A model generated the notes under the pieces. It had not been told where the DNA came from. It saw only the letters and a program-made list of their open reading frames with translations, and did no database searches. A DNA stretch of 64,000 nucleotides, taken from a virus. Lineage: Duplodnaviria; Heunggongvirae; Uroviricota; Caudoviricetes. The stretch is from the IMG/VR virus record IMGVR_UViG_3300047546_003009; one strand, given 5' to 3'. Each line of letters begins with the position of its first letter. Within the stretch, counting starts at the first letter, position 1. The position numbers and the translations under genes were made by a program. Positions 46,039 to 52,095 of this stretch are shown here, in pieces.

Positions 46039-46176
46039 TTATTCTTTAGGTATATAGTCGTGTTTAGATGCACCGCACTCGGGGCAATTCACTTCATCTG
46101 GAAGTGACATCCAATCTGACTCTAAAAGAGTGTGGCCACATACAACACAAACGTATAATTTTTCTTGTTCAGACAT
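46039..46176 (-). CDS. rubredoxin-like zinc-ribbon protein (45 aa), translationally coupled to the rubrerythrin-like ORF
   Basis: Translates to MSEQEKLYVCVVCGHTLLESDWMSLPDEVNCPECGASKHDYIPKE. Its ATG overlaps the upstream TGA (ATGTCTGA). It was not in the ORF track because it is under 60 aa. Confidence 0.55.
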   Translation of the reverse strand: MSEQEKLYVCVVCGHTLLESDWMSLPDEVNCPECGASKHDYIPKE

Positions 46177-46696
46177 TTACAGACTCCTTTGCAATAACAT
46201 CCTGCATGACTTTTTGATATGCTTCAGCATGACGTTTTTCAATCTTTGCAAGAGCAGCAAAACGTTTTTCTGCTTTTTCTAAAATCTCAATAAATTCACG
46301 AGCGTGTTCTTTACTTTCGGTAATTTGATTCTCAGCTTCTTTTACTGCTTCAATGTTGCCTTCACATTCAGCAATATCTCTGAACTGCGGATACATTTGT
46401 GTATACTCATGAGTCTCACCATCAATTGCCATCCGAAGGCTTTCAACAACACCTGGTTTTCCAACTAGAAGTTCAAGATGGCTCCAGGCGTGAATGATTT
46501 CTTGATTTGCTGTGTGCTCGAAGTGAGCAGCAACATCTTCGAAACCAGCCTCACGTGCAAGTTTTGCAAAGTAACGATACTTGATATGGGCCATTGATTC
46601 ACCAGCTAAGGCCGCCTCAAGATTTTTCATTGTAACAGACATGATATCTCCTATGGGTTTAAAAATAACTACATGAATATCTATCGCACAACCCAT
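46169..46696 (-). CDS. rubrerythrin-like ferritin-superfamily diiron protein (no fused rubredoxin domain)
   Basis: ExxH pairs (GESMAHIKY, QEIIHAWSH and a third pair GETHEY). The start is likely the internal MSVTMKNLEAAL. Confidence 0.55.
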   Translation of the reverse strand: MGCAIDIHVVIFKPIGDIMSVTMKNLEAALAGESMAHIKYRYFAKLAREAGFEDVAAHFEHTANQEIIHAWSHLELLVGKPGVVESLRMAIDGETHEYTQMYPQFRDIAECEGNIEAVKEAENQITESKEHAREFIEILEKAEKRFAALAKIEKRHAEAYQKVMQDVIAKESVNV

Positions 46697-46754
46697 TAAA
46701 TTTCTTGCGAAATTGTGATGATATTTTTCTATGTCTGTGTTAGGTAAAATCGAT

Positions 46755-46830
46755 TGGGGTGACTAATGAGGATCGAACTCATACTTTCTCGTTCACAGCA
46801 AGATGTGCAGTCCACTACACTATAGTCACC
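46755..46830 (-). tRNA. tRNA-His(GUG) with encoded G-1
   Basis: Anticodon loop CTGTGAA. Extra 5' G pairing with C73. CCA encoded. Confidence 0.8.
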
Positions 46831-46832
46831 AT

Positions 46833-46910
46833 TGGAGCGGGTAAGGAGAGTCGAACTCCGCGATCTTCAGCTTGGAAGGCTGCTGGTGGCCCCTTCACCT
46901 GTTTACCCGC
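46833..46910 (-). tRNA. tRNA-Gly(UCC)-like, irregular (4-nt acceptor-to-D connector)
   Basis: Acceptor GCGGGTA/TACCCGC, anticodon loop CTTCCAA, T-loop TTCGACT, CCA encoded. The connector and stem mismatches may reduce the tRNAscan score. Confidence 0.5.
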
Positions 46911-46914
46911 AAAA

Positions 46915-47030
46915 CTGGATGCGTTTTTGACGGACTGCTGTTCTACCACTAAACTACTCCTGGATAGGAGGCTGGAATCGAACCAACGTTCGCAGTTTGG
47001 ATTGTCGTTTAAGTTGCTGCTAGCATCCAA
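46915..47030 (-). ncRNA. permuted tRNA-like RNA A (YrlA/Y-RNA-like candidate)
   Basis: Minus-sense order: closing strand GGATGC, a 35-nt region, T-arm GTTGG-TTCGATT-CCAGC, hairpin CTCCT-ATCC-AGGAG, D-arm GTT-TAGTGGTAG-AAC, a 17-nt spacer, then closing strand GCATCC. No linear cloverleaf is possible. Confidence 0.5.
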
Positions 47031-47035
47031 AAACT

Positions 47036-47111
47036 TGGAGCGGGCGAAGAGGTTCGAACTCTCGACATTTACCTTGGCAAGGTAATGCTCTACCAACTGA
47101 GCTACGCCCGC
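47036..47111 (-). tRNA. tRNA-Gly(GCC)
   Basis: Anticodon loop TTGCCAA, T-arm GAGAGTTCGAACCTCTT, CCA encoded. Confidence 0.8.
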
Positions 47112-47127
47112 ATTGTTACTATTTATA

Positions 47128-47203
47128 TGGCATCCCGGGACGGACTTGAACCGCCAACCTTCGGTTTTGGAGACCGTTGCTCTGCCAATTGAGCTACCGA
47201 GAT
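47128..47203 (-). tRNA. tRNA-Trp(CCA)
   Basis: Anticodon loop CTCCAAA, T-arm GGCGGTTCAAGTCCGTC, CCA encoded. Confidence 0.75.
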
Positions 47204-47378
47204 ATTGTTCTATTCTCCTGATTCAAAATACTCGTCACGCATGACAACCTTTTCATCCCACTCCTTAATGAATTTATCATTACGGTTTTTCTTGTTTGGA
47301 TCAAGCTTGAAAACGTTGTCGTAGTTTTGACGATACAGATCGCTATTAACCTTTGTTTGAATAGTATCACCTGTTACA

Positions 47379-47894
47379 TCATTTTTGGCAACCATTTTCT
47401 ATCCTTTTCATAACCTCTTCGAACGCAATTGGTTTAAAGTCTGTGTGTTCAACACTTACACAATGATACCAAGGATCATCAAGCTTACGCGAGTGTAAGT
47501 GTCCATGTATGTTTCCTTTAAACCTTCCCTTTGAATCTGGATGTACTGGTACATGACTTAATATGTAGTTGTTCATCATATGGTAACCACGAATGTCTCG
47601 GAAATATTTCGTGTAATCCGAAAGCTTAAAAATATCGTGGTTGCCCTTGATCAAAACCTTATCGCCGTTCAGTCTTTCTAGAGTTACTAGCGAACGACGG
47701 TTAATTACTACATCACCAAGATGATACACCTTATCTTTTGGTCTGACAACGCTGTTCCAGCGTTTAACCATTTCCTCATCCATCTCATTAGGATCATTCC
47801 AGGGTCTAAGTTTTGTACCATTCTCATTAAGGAACTGGCACACTCCCTTGTGACCAAAATGAGTATCAGAAACTAAAAATACATTACTCATCAT
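47379..47894 (-). CDS. calcineurin-like metallophosphoesterase (small, 171 aa)
   Basis: VSDTHFGH, GDVV, GNHD, GHLH motifs. It is embedded in the tRNA array. Confidence 0.6.
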   Translation of the reverse strand: MMSNVFLVSDTHFGHKGVCQFLNENGTKLRPWNDPNEMDEEMVKRWNSVVRPKDKVYHLGDVVINRRSLVTLERLNGDKVLIKGNHDIFKLSDYTKYFRDIRGYHMMNNYILSHVPVHPDSKGRFKGNIHGHLHSRKLDDPWYHCVSVEHTDFKPIAFEEVMKRIENGCQK

Positions 47895-47905
47895 ACTTCC
47901 TTAAC

Positions 47906-47983
47906 TGGTGCCCCTCCTCGGAGTCGAACCGAGAGAACTACTCCTTTTGAGAGAGCCGACTTTACCAATTTGTCCAGAGGGGC
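47906..47983 (-). tRNA. tRNA with anticodon CAA (Leu-type anticodon, Leu-like 3-bp D stem and 11-nt D loop, A73) but no long variable arm
   Basis: Acceptor GCCCCTC/GAGGGGC, anticodon stem GCTCT/GGAGT with loop CTCAAAA, T-arm CTCGGTTCGACTCCGAG, CCA encoded. Confidence 0.5.
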
Positions 47984-47990
47984 GTTGTTG

Positions 47991-48064
47991 TGGTAGCTCC
48001 TACAGGTAACGATCCTGTGTCGCACGATTATCAGTCGTGTGCTCTACCTTTGAGCTAAGGAGCT
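47991..48064 (-). tRNA. tRNA-Ile(GAU)
   Basis: Anticodon loop CTGATAA, T-arm ACAGGATCGTTACCTGT, CCA encoded. Confidence 0.7.
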
Positions 48065-48070
48065 AATGTT

Positions 48071-48146
48071 TGGCGCGCCAACCAGGACTCGAACCTGGAA
48101 TTCAACTTTCGTAGAGTCGTGTGATATCCAATTTCACCAAAGGCGC
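48071..48146 (-). tRNA. tRNA-Arg(ACG)
   Basis: Anticodon loop CTACGAA, T-arm CCAGGTTCGAGTCCTGG, CCA encoded. There are two U-U mismatches at the base of the acceptor stem. Confidence 0.6.
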
Positions 48147-48152
48147 ATTGTA

Positions 48153-48227
48153 TGGTGGTGACGGAAGGTAACGATCCTTCCTGTGAGCCTTATGAGAGCC
48201 CTGCCTATCCATCTAGGCTACGTCACC
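48153..48227 (-). tRNA. tRNA-Met/Ile2(CAU) copy 1
   Basis: Anticodon loop CTCATAA, T-arm GAAGGATCGTTACCTTC, CCA encoded. Confidence 0.7.
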
Positions 48228-48240
48228 ATTCTCCTGTCTA

Positions 48241-48317
48241 TGGTGCCCCAGGAGGGAGTCGAACCCTCAAAACCTGGTTTCTAAGACCAGTACGTATGCC
48301 ATTTCCGTCACCGGGGC
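48241..48317 (-). tRNA. tRNA with anticodon UAG (Leu-type anticodon and Leu-like D arm, A73) but class I architecture
   Basis: Perfect anticodon stem CTGGT/ACCAG with loop CTTAGAA, a 5-nt variable loop, T-arm GAGGGTTCGACTCCCTC, CCA encoded. Confidence 0.5.
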
Positions 48318-48319
48318 GG

Positions 48320-48395
48320 TGGTGGAGGTAGACGGGATCGAACCGACGACATCTAGCTTGCAAAGCTAGCGCTCTCCCAGCTGAGCTATACCCCC
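48320..48395 (-). tRNA. tRNA-Ala(UGC)
   Basis: The G3-U70 identity pair is present. Anticodon loop TTTGCAA. CCA encoded. Confidence 0.8.
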
Positions 48396-48403
48396 AAATT
48401 CTT

Positions 48404-48486
48404 TGGTGCGAGAGACGGGACTCGAACCCGTACGAATTAACGGCAGATTTTAAGTCTGCTGCGGCTACCGATTACGCCACTCTCGC
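48404..48486 (-). tRNA. tRNA-Leu(UAA), class II
   Basis: Anticodon stem GCAGA/TCTGC with loop CTTAAAA, long variable arm CGTTAATTCGTACG, T-arm ACGGGTTCGAGTCCCGT, A73, CCA encoded. Confidence 0.8.
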
Positions 48487-49143
48487 TTTTTTACTCACTA
48501 TACTATATTGTATAGTTGCTGTCAACAGTCCAATAATCCATGGAGCAAATTGCAACACCTGCGCATGGACTACTTCGCTTAACTGAAACATCGGTTCTTT
48601 CAGTATCATCTGAACAGCAACAACAAACAAAACAAAACTTCCTACAAAAACTGATTGTGGGTATTTTGCAATAATCTTACTTACTACACCTGCTCCAAAT
48701 AATATTATTGGAACAGAAATAATCAATCCAAAAATTATTAGTGCAAAATTACCGTGCGCGGCCGCAGCAATACCGAGCGCATTATCTATTCCCATTACAG
48801 CATCAGCAACCACTATTGTACCAATTGCTTTCCAAAAGGTATCGGCTGATTTAACCTCTTTGTGTTTATGATCGGTAGCAAGTTTCCAACCTATCCATAA
48901 AAGTGCTAACCCACCAATAAAACGAAGTCCAGGTATCAATAACAAATATGTCAATATAGCAACAGAAACAAACCTTACACCTATTGCACCAACAGTCCCC
49001 CACAAAATTGCTTTTTTGCGCAAATGCTCTGGAAGACGGCTAGCAGCCATACCAATAATAAGTGCGTTGTCTCCTGCTAACACAACATCAATCAGAATGA
49101 TAGCTAAAATGGCCCACAAGGCCTGTAAAGAAAGCAGTTCCAT
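48472..49143 (-). CDS. TerC-family integral membrane protein
   Basis: Two GDNALI / GIDNALG motifs and multiple transmembrane helices. Its 3' end overlaps the 5' end of tRNA-Leu(UAA) by about 15 nt. Confidence 0.65.
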   Translation of the reverse strand: MELLSLQALWAILAIILIDVVLAGDNALIIGMAASRLPEHLRKKAILWGTVGAIGVRFVSVAILTYLLLIPGLRFIGGLALLWIGWKLATDHKHKEVKSADTFWKAIGTIVVADAVMGIDNALGIAAAAHGNFALIIFGLIISVPIILFGAGVVSKIIAKYPQSVFVGSFVLFVVAVQMILKEPMFQLSEVVHAQVLQFAPWIIGLLTATIQYSIVSKKARVA

Positions 49144-49255
49144 TTTGTTCTCCTTGAGTTAAAATGGTCTTGCCTCTTTGTCTCTATACCGGACACAATG
49201 TCGTATTGACGATATAGAGAACCTTTGCAGGTTGGCTACTCCCCGAAACTATTTA

Positions 49256-49332
49256 TGGTGGGCTTTATAGGACTTGAACCTATACTCGACGAATTATGAG
49301 TTCGCTGCTTTAACCAATTAAGCTAAAAGCCC
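49256..49332 (-). tRNA. tRNA-Met/Ile2(CAU) copy 2
   Basis: Anticodon loop CTCATAA, T-arm ATAGGTTCAAGTCCTAT, CCA encoded. Confidence 0.75.
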
Positions 49333-49338
49333 TAAATT

Positions 49339-49424
49339 TGGTGCGTCGTGTAGGATTCGAACCTACTAAGCCGGAGGCCACAGTTTTACAGACTGTTACA
49401 ACTCTCCCACGTTGCCGACGACGC
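49339..49424 (-). tRNA. tRNA-Tyr(GUA), class II
   Basis: Anticodon stem ACAGT/ACTGT with loop CTGTAAA, long variable arm, T-arm TAGGTTCGAATCCTA, CCA encoded. Confidence 0.8.
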
Positions 49425-49426
49425 AC

Positions 49427-49502
49427 TGGTGCCGCTTGTTGGTTACGCTCCAACCTCTCGTGCTCTTCAGGCACACGCTTTCACTAGATTAGCTTAAGCG
49501 GC
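49427..49502 (-). tRNA. tRNA-Phe(GAA) with non-canonical T-loop
   Basis: Anticodon loop CTGAAGA. T-arm GTTGG-AGCGTAA-CCAAC lacks the TTC motif. CCA encoded. Confidence 0.5.
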
Positions 49503-49572
49503 ATTAAATTACAGGATCCTTTTTCTCTTTTCCAATAAAAGATTTTTTGTTTGCTGAACGGATCCTAAAACT

Positions 49573-49650
49573 TGGTCTCGGTGGCAGGATTCGAACCTGC
49601 GGCTTCTTGCTCCCAAAGCAAGTGACTTGACCAGACTAGCCTACACCGAG
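49573..49650 (-). tRNA. tRNA-Pro(UGG)
   Basis: C1-G72. Anticodon stem CTTGC/GCAAG with loop TTTGGGA. T-arm GCAGGTTCGAATCCTGC. CCA encoded. Confidence 0.8.
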
Positions 49651-49657
49651 ATAAAAC

Positions 49658-49730
49658 TGGTTGCGGACGTTGGAATCGAACCACCCATCGAGCTTATGAG
49701 GCTCGCATGCGCCACTACATCTCTTCCGCA
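49658..49730 (-). tRNA. tRNA(CAU) copy 3, short (73 nt with CCA), irregular D region
   Basis: Perfect anticodon stem CGAGC/GCTCG with loop CTCATAA, T-loop TTCGATT, CCA encoded. Confidence 0.55.
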
Positions 49731-49738
49731 TTTGAAAC

Positions 49739-49813
49739 TGGTGCTCCCTGTCTGATTCGAACAGACGACCTATCGCTTACAAGGCGATTGCACTACCACT
49801 GTGCTAAGAGAGC
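49739..49813 (-). tRNA. tRNA-Thr(UGU)
   Basis: Textbook cloverleaf, anticodon loop CTTGTAA, T-arm GTCTGTTCGAATCAGAC, CCA encoded. Confidence 0.85.
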
Positions 49814-49827
49814 GTTGTAATACGTTT

Positions 49828-49903
49828 TGGCTCCGGAGGTAGGGATCGAACCTACGACCAATTGATTAACAGTCAACTGCTACTACCACTGAGCTACTCC
49901 GGA
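49828..49903 (-). tRNA. tRNA-Asn(GUU)
   Basis: U1-A72, anticodon loop CTGTTAA, T-arm GTAGGTTCGATCCCTAC, CCA encoded. Confidence 0.75.
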
Positions 49904-50059
49904 CCAAAAAATACTACATTCGGTTTATGCCTGCTTCGTACACTGCATTACTTATCTAGAATTTCATGCAGTCGTGCCTGCTTGCATCCTGAGCTTTGTG
50001 CTCTCGCACCGATTACACCGAAAGGTATCGGGCGTGTCCTTGACAGTGAGGGGGATGTC

Positions 50060-50120
50060 CGGAACATCAACCGCGACTCACTGTTTCGATCTCTATGAGG
50101 GCGAGATCTCATCAGAAGGT
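50060..50120 (-). ncRNA. hammerhead-ribozyme-like core motif (CUGAUGA, stem II, GAAA, stem III) inside a promoter-driven intergenic transcript
   Basis: The minus-sense reads ...GGCUACCUU CUGAUGA GAUCUC-gcccucaua-GAGAUC GAAA CAGUGAG-(26 nt)-CUCACUG U CAAGG.... The 15.1-16.1 pair would be C-G, not the canonical A-U, and stem I is weak. Confidence 0.25.
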
Positions 50121-50141
50121 AGCCTCAACAACAGAAATACC

Positions 50142-50170
50142 ATTCTACCACAAACAACAAACAAAGTCAA
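50142..50170 (-). promoter_or_regulatory. sigma70-like promoter P3 (TTGACT, 17 nt, TAGAAT) reading leftward into the tRNA array
   Basis: The minus-sense reads TTGACTttgtttgttgtttgtggTAGAAT. Confidence 0.5.
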
Positions 50171-50175
50171 CATCT

Positions 50176-50250
50176 TGGAAGTAAGGACAGGACTCAAACC
50201 TGCATAGAATGGATTTGCAGTCCATCGCCTAATCTCTCAGCCACCTTACT
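50176..50250 (-). tRNA. tRNA-Cys(GCA)
   Basis: Anticodon stem ATGGA/TCCAT with loop CTGCAAA, T-arm GCAGGTTTGAGTCCTGT, CCA encoded. Confidence 0.7.
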
Positions 50251-50275
50251 ATAGTACCACTCGTTACCATATACT

Positions 50276-50366
50276 TGGCGGAGAGTATAGGATTCGAACC
50301 TATGGACCGTTATAAACGGTCTAGAGTTTAGCAAACTCCCGCATTCGGCCACTCTGCCAACTCTCC
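50276..50366 (-). tRNA. tRNA-Ser(GCU), class II
   Basis: GGAGAGT acceptor, anticodon loop TTGCTAA, long variable arm, G73, CCA encoded. Confidence 0.8.
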
Positions 50367-50378
50367 AAAAAAACAACA

Positions 50379-50493
50379 GGATAGTTTTTCTTTAGTGCTA
50401 CCGTTACACCAAACCATCCGAAGATGGCTGCGGAGTCGAACCGCTCCTTTCGTTTAACAGACGATTAAGAATTTAATTTTGCTGTGACTATCC
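50379..50493 (-). ncRNA. permuted tRNA-like RNA B (YrlA/Y-RNA-like candidate)
   Basis: Minus-sense order: closing strand GGATAGT, a 40-nt region with hairpin TCGT-CTGTTAA-ACGA, T-arm GCGG-TTCGACT-CCGC, hairpin AGCCATC-UUCG-GATGGTT, D-arm GTG-TAACGGTAG-CAC, a 9-nt spacer, then closing strand ACTATCC. It has the same architecture as element A. Confidence 0.5.
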
Positions 50494-50503
50494 TAAAACT
50501 TGA

Positions 50504-50590
50504 CGGGGAATACAGGAGTCGAACCTGTAAAAATTATTTGCTGTACACATTCACCGCTGAATGCAATGCACACCATGTGCGGTATTCCCC
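50504..50590 (-). ncRNA. atypical tRNA-like gene (87 nt, no encoded CCA, no recognisable anticodon arm)
   Basis: Perfect acceptor GGGGAAT/ATTCCCC (G73) and T-arm ACAGGTTCGACTCCTGT. The 55-nt interior folds into three hairpins (GCACA-TGG-TGTGC, CATTCA-GCGG-TGAATG, TGTA...TACA) instead of D and anticodon arms. The 3' end is followed by UCA rather than CCA. Confidence 0.4.
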
Positions 50591-50597
50591 AAAAAAC

Positions 50598-50676
50598 TGG
50601 CGACCCGTACCGGATTCGAACCGGTGTCCTCTGCCGTGACAGGGCAGCGCAATAGGCCAGACTATGCTAACGGGCC
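50598..50676 (-). tRNA. tRNA-Asp(GUC) with extended D stem
   Basis: Perfect anticodon stem CTGCC/GGCAG with loop CTGTCAC, T-arm ACCGGTTCGAATCCGGT, CCA encoded. Confidence 0.65.
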
Positions 50677-50683
50677 AAAAACT

Positions 50684-50774
50684 TGGCGGAGGAGGTCGGA
50701 GTCGAACCCACAAGGCGCTATTAACGCTCGACGCTTTTCAAGAGCGGTGCCGTCGCCAATCGGCTTGCTCCTCC
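50684..50774 (-). tRNA. tRNA-Ser(UGA), class II
   Basis: GGAGGAG acceptor, anticodon loop CTTGAAA, long variable arm, G73, CCA encoded. Confidence 0.75.
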
Positions 50775-51212
50775 TTTGTTCTTCGATTTATATGTATCAA
50801 GCTGTGAGTCACAGTTGCTGCATACAAACCGTAAATTTTCCAATCTATGATCGTTGTTCATGCCGTTGATATGGTCCAGTATTAGCGGCATTGGTTTACC
50901 GTGCCACTCAGGCCCAATTCCACAACACGCACAGCGATACTCAATCAGATCATTATCAAGAATCCGTCGTCGCACACAAACGCGCGAGTAAGATGAGTTC
51001 TCAACAAGAACTTCTTCCAGTGGAAACTTTTCATCCCAGTACTTAGATCTACCTGTTTGTTTGCCTGCATTCCAGGGTGTGGAGCCTTTCTGAGCTCCAG
51101 CGTTCGGAGATCTCTTACGGCGGATTCTGTTTGGATTATTAACGCACGTTTGTTCATGTGCCTTCAACGAAGGGTAGTTCTTGATCTCTCGATCACAGTA
51201 TTGGCAGTTCAT
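50721..51212 (-). CDS. HNH homing endonuclease
   Basis: LILDHINGMNNDHRLENLRFVCSNCDSQ is an HNH motif, with N-terminal CxxC zinc-binding pairs. The ORF's 3' end runs about 54 nt into tRNA-Ser(UGA). Confidence 0.65.
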   Translation of the reverse strand: MNCQYCDREIKNYPSLKAHEQTCVNNPNRIRRKRSPNAGAQKGSTPWNAGKQTGRSKYWDEKFPLEEVLVENSSYSRVCVRRRILDNDLIEYRCACCGIGPEWHGKPMPLILDHINGMNNDHRLENLRFVCSNCDSQLDTYKSKNKGGASRLATAPLLKSVER

Positions 51213-51392
51213 ACAATATCCTGTTACGGTTTATTGTATTTATAACTTTTAATATTGCGACTACCCATCCATATAGAAACACACTCTCGTCCTCCAATAG
51301 GACTTTTCATCGCGCTAGTGAGGCTGCTTCGCTGCGTGGCCAGGTTACAATCCTATAACTGCCAACAACCAATGATAAGTGTGTTTTTATAT

Positions 51393-51468
51393 GGTGGGAG
51401 CACTGGGAATCGAACCCAGACCAAAGGATTAAAAGTCCCTTGTGCAGACCCGCTACACCATACTCCCG
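51393..51468 (-). tRNA. tRNA-Lys(UUU)
   Basis: Anticodon loop CTTTTAA, T-arm CTGGGTTCGATTCCCAG, CCA encoded. Confidence 0.75.
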
Positions 51469-51469
51469 T

Positions 51470-51545
51470 GGCACCCCTGGAGAGATTCAAACTCCCGACT
51501 TTCTCGTTCGAAGCGAGACACTCTGTTCACTGAGTTACAGGGGCA
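51470..51545 (-). tRNA. tRNA-Arg(UCG)
   Basis: Perfect anticodon stem TCTCG/CGAGA with loop CTTCGAA, D stem ACTC/GAGT, CCA encoded. Confidence 0.7.
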
Positions 51546-51556
51546 AAGATATTATT

Positions 51557-51630
51557 GGCGGGGATACTAGGATTCGAACCTAGACTAGAAGAGTCAAAGT
51601 CTTCTGTGCTGCCTTTACACCATATCCCTA
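51557..51630 (-). tRNA. tRNA-Gln(UUG)
   Basis: Anticodon stem GAAGA/TCTTC with loop CTTTGAC, T-arm CTAGGTTCGAATCCTAG, A1-C72 mismatch, CCA encoded. Confidence 0.7.
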
Positions 51631-51730
51631 CTGATACCATATTGAAACATACTGACTACATCGGCCAACCCACATCAGGGATTTACGACCTTTGTCAAGG
51701 CGGTTCTCCGCTTACAATATGCTTCAATAT

Positions 51731-51806
51731 GGTGTCCTGTAGGGGATTCGAACCCGCTCTAGTCACCTTGAAAGGGTGATGACCTCACCAGAAGTCCAAC
51801 AGGACG
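51731..51806 (-). tRNA. tRNA-Glu(UUC)
   Basis: Anticodon stem TCACC/GGTGA with loop CTTTCAA, CCA encoded. Confidence 0.75.
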
Positions 51807-51850
51807 ACGCGATCCAAATTTTTAAAGAGCAATTAACTACTGAAATAACA

Positions 51851-51879
51851 TTCTACATCATTACATTTCAGAAGTCAAT
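51851..51879 (-). promoter_or_regulatory. sigma70-like promoter P2 (TTGACT, 17 nt, TAGAAT) upstream of tRNA-Glu
   Basis: The minus-sense reads TTGACTtctgaaatgtaatgatgTAGAAT. Confidence 0.5.
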
Positions 51880-51898
51880 ATTAATTTCTATTCAACTG

Positions 51899-51990
51899 CA
51901 CACTTGCAGGAGTCGAACCTGCCTACCGGGCCAATAGACCCAGCTGTTTCCGCAACATCTGCGTGGCCTACGCATTCATGTGCATGTGAA
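51899..51990 (-). ncRNA. tRNA 3'-half-like small RNA candidate (T-arm plus acceptor-like 3' strand, no 5' partner, no CCA)
   Basis: GGCAGG-TTCGACT-CCTGC followed by AAGTGTG. It is preceded by GC-rich hairpins (CGCAGATGTTGCG, CACATGCACATG). It lies between promoters P1 and P2. Confidence 0.3.
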
Positions 51991-52033
51991 TAGAAACTAA
52001 TTTAAAAGAGCATTTATTCAAACAACAAGACGC

Positions 52034-52061
52034 ATTATACACATTTCAAATTAAAAGTCAA
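52034..52061 (-). promoter_or_regulatory. sigma70 consensus promoter P1 (TTGACT, 16 nt, extended -10 TGTGTATAAT)
   Basis: The minus-sense reads TTGACTtttaatttgaaatgtgTATAATg. Confidence 0.6.
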
Positions 52062-52095
52062 CATCTTTTTATCTTACTGATTTACCAAATAAAAA

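Noticed and set aside
46911-47035. Two-piece (permuted) tmRNA as an explanation for the T-arm / acceptor-3' / tetraloop / acceptor-5' order
   Set aside because: The whole element is only ~115 nt. There is no room for a tag reading frame or pseudoknots, and there is no resume codon or stop.
50504-50590. tRNA-Sec or an intron-containing tRNA as the identity of the 87-nt tRNA-like gene
   Set aside because: There is no UCA anticodon in any 7-nt loop, and no 8/5 or 9/4 acceptor/T-stem geometry. The interior is far too short for a group I intron.
49862-51779. Plus-strand ORFs in the tRNA array (49862..50098, 49974..50207, 50561..50869, 51057..51245, 51255..51533, 51555..51779)
   Set aside because: They run antisense through tRNA genes and structured RNA, have no RBS context, and sit on the strand opposite to every other gene. 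They are treated as spurious.
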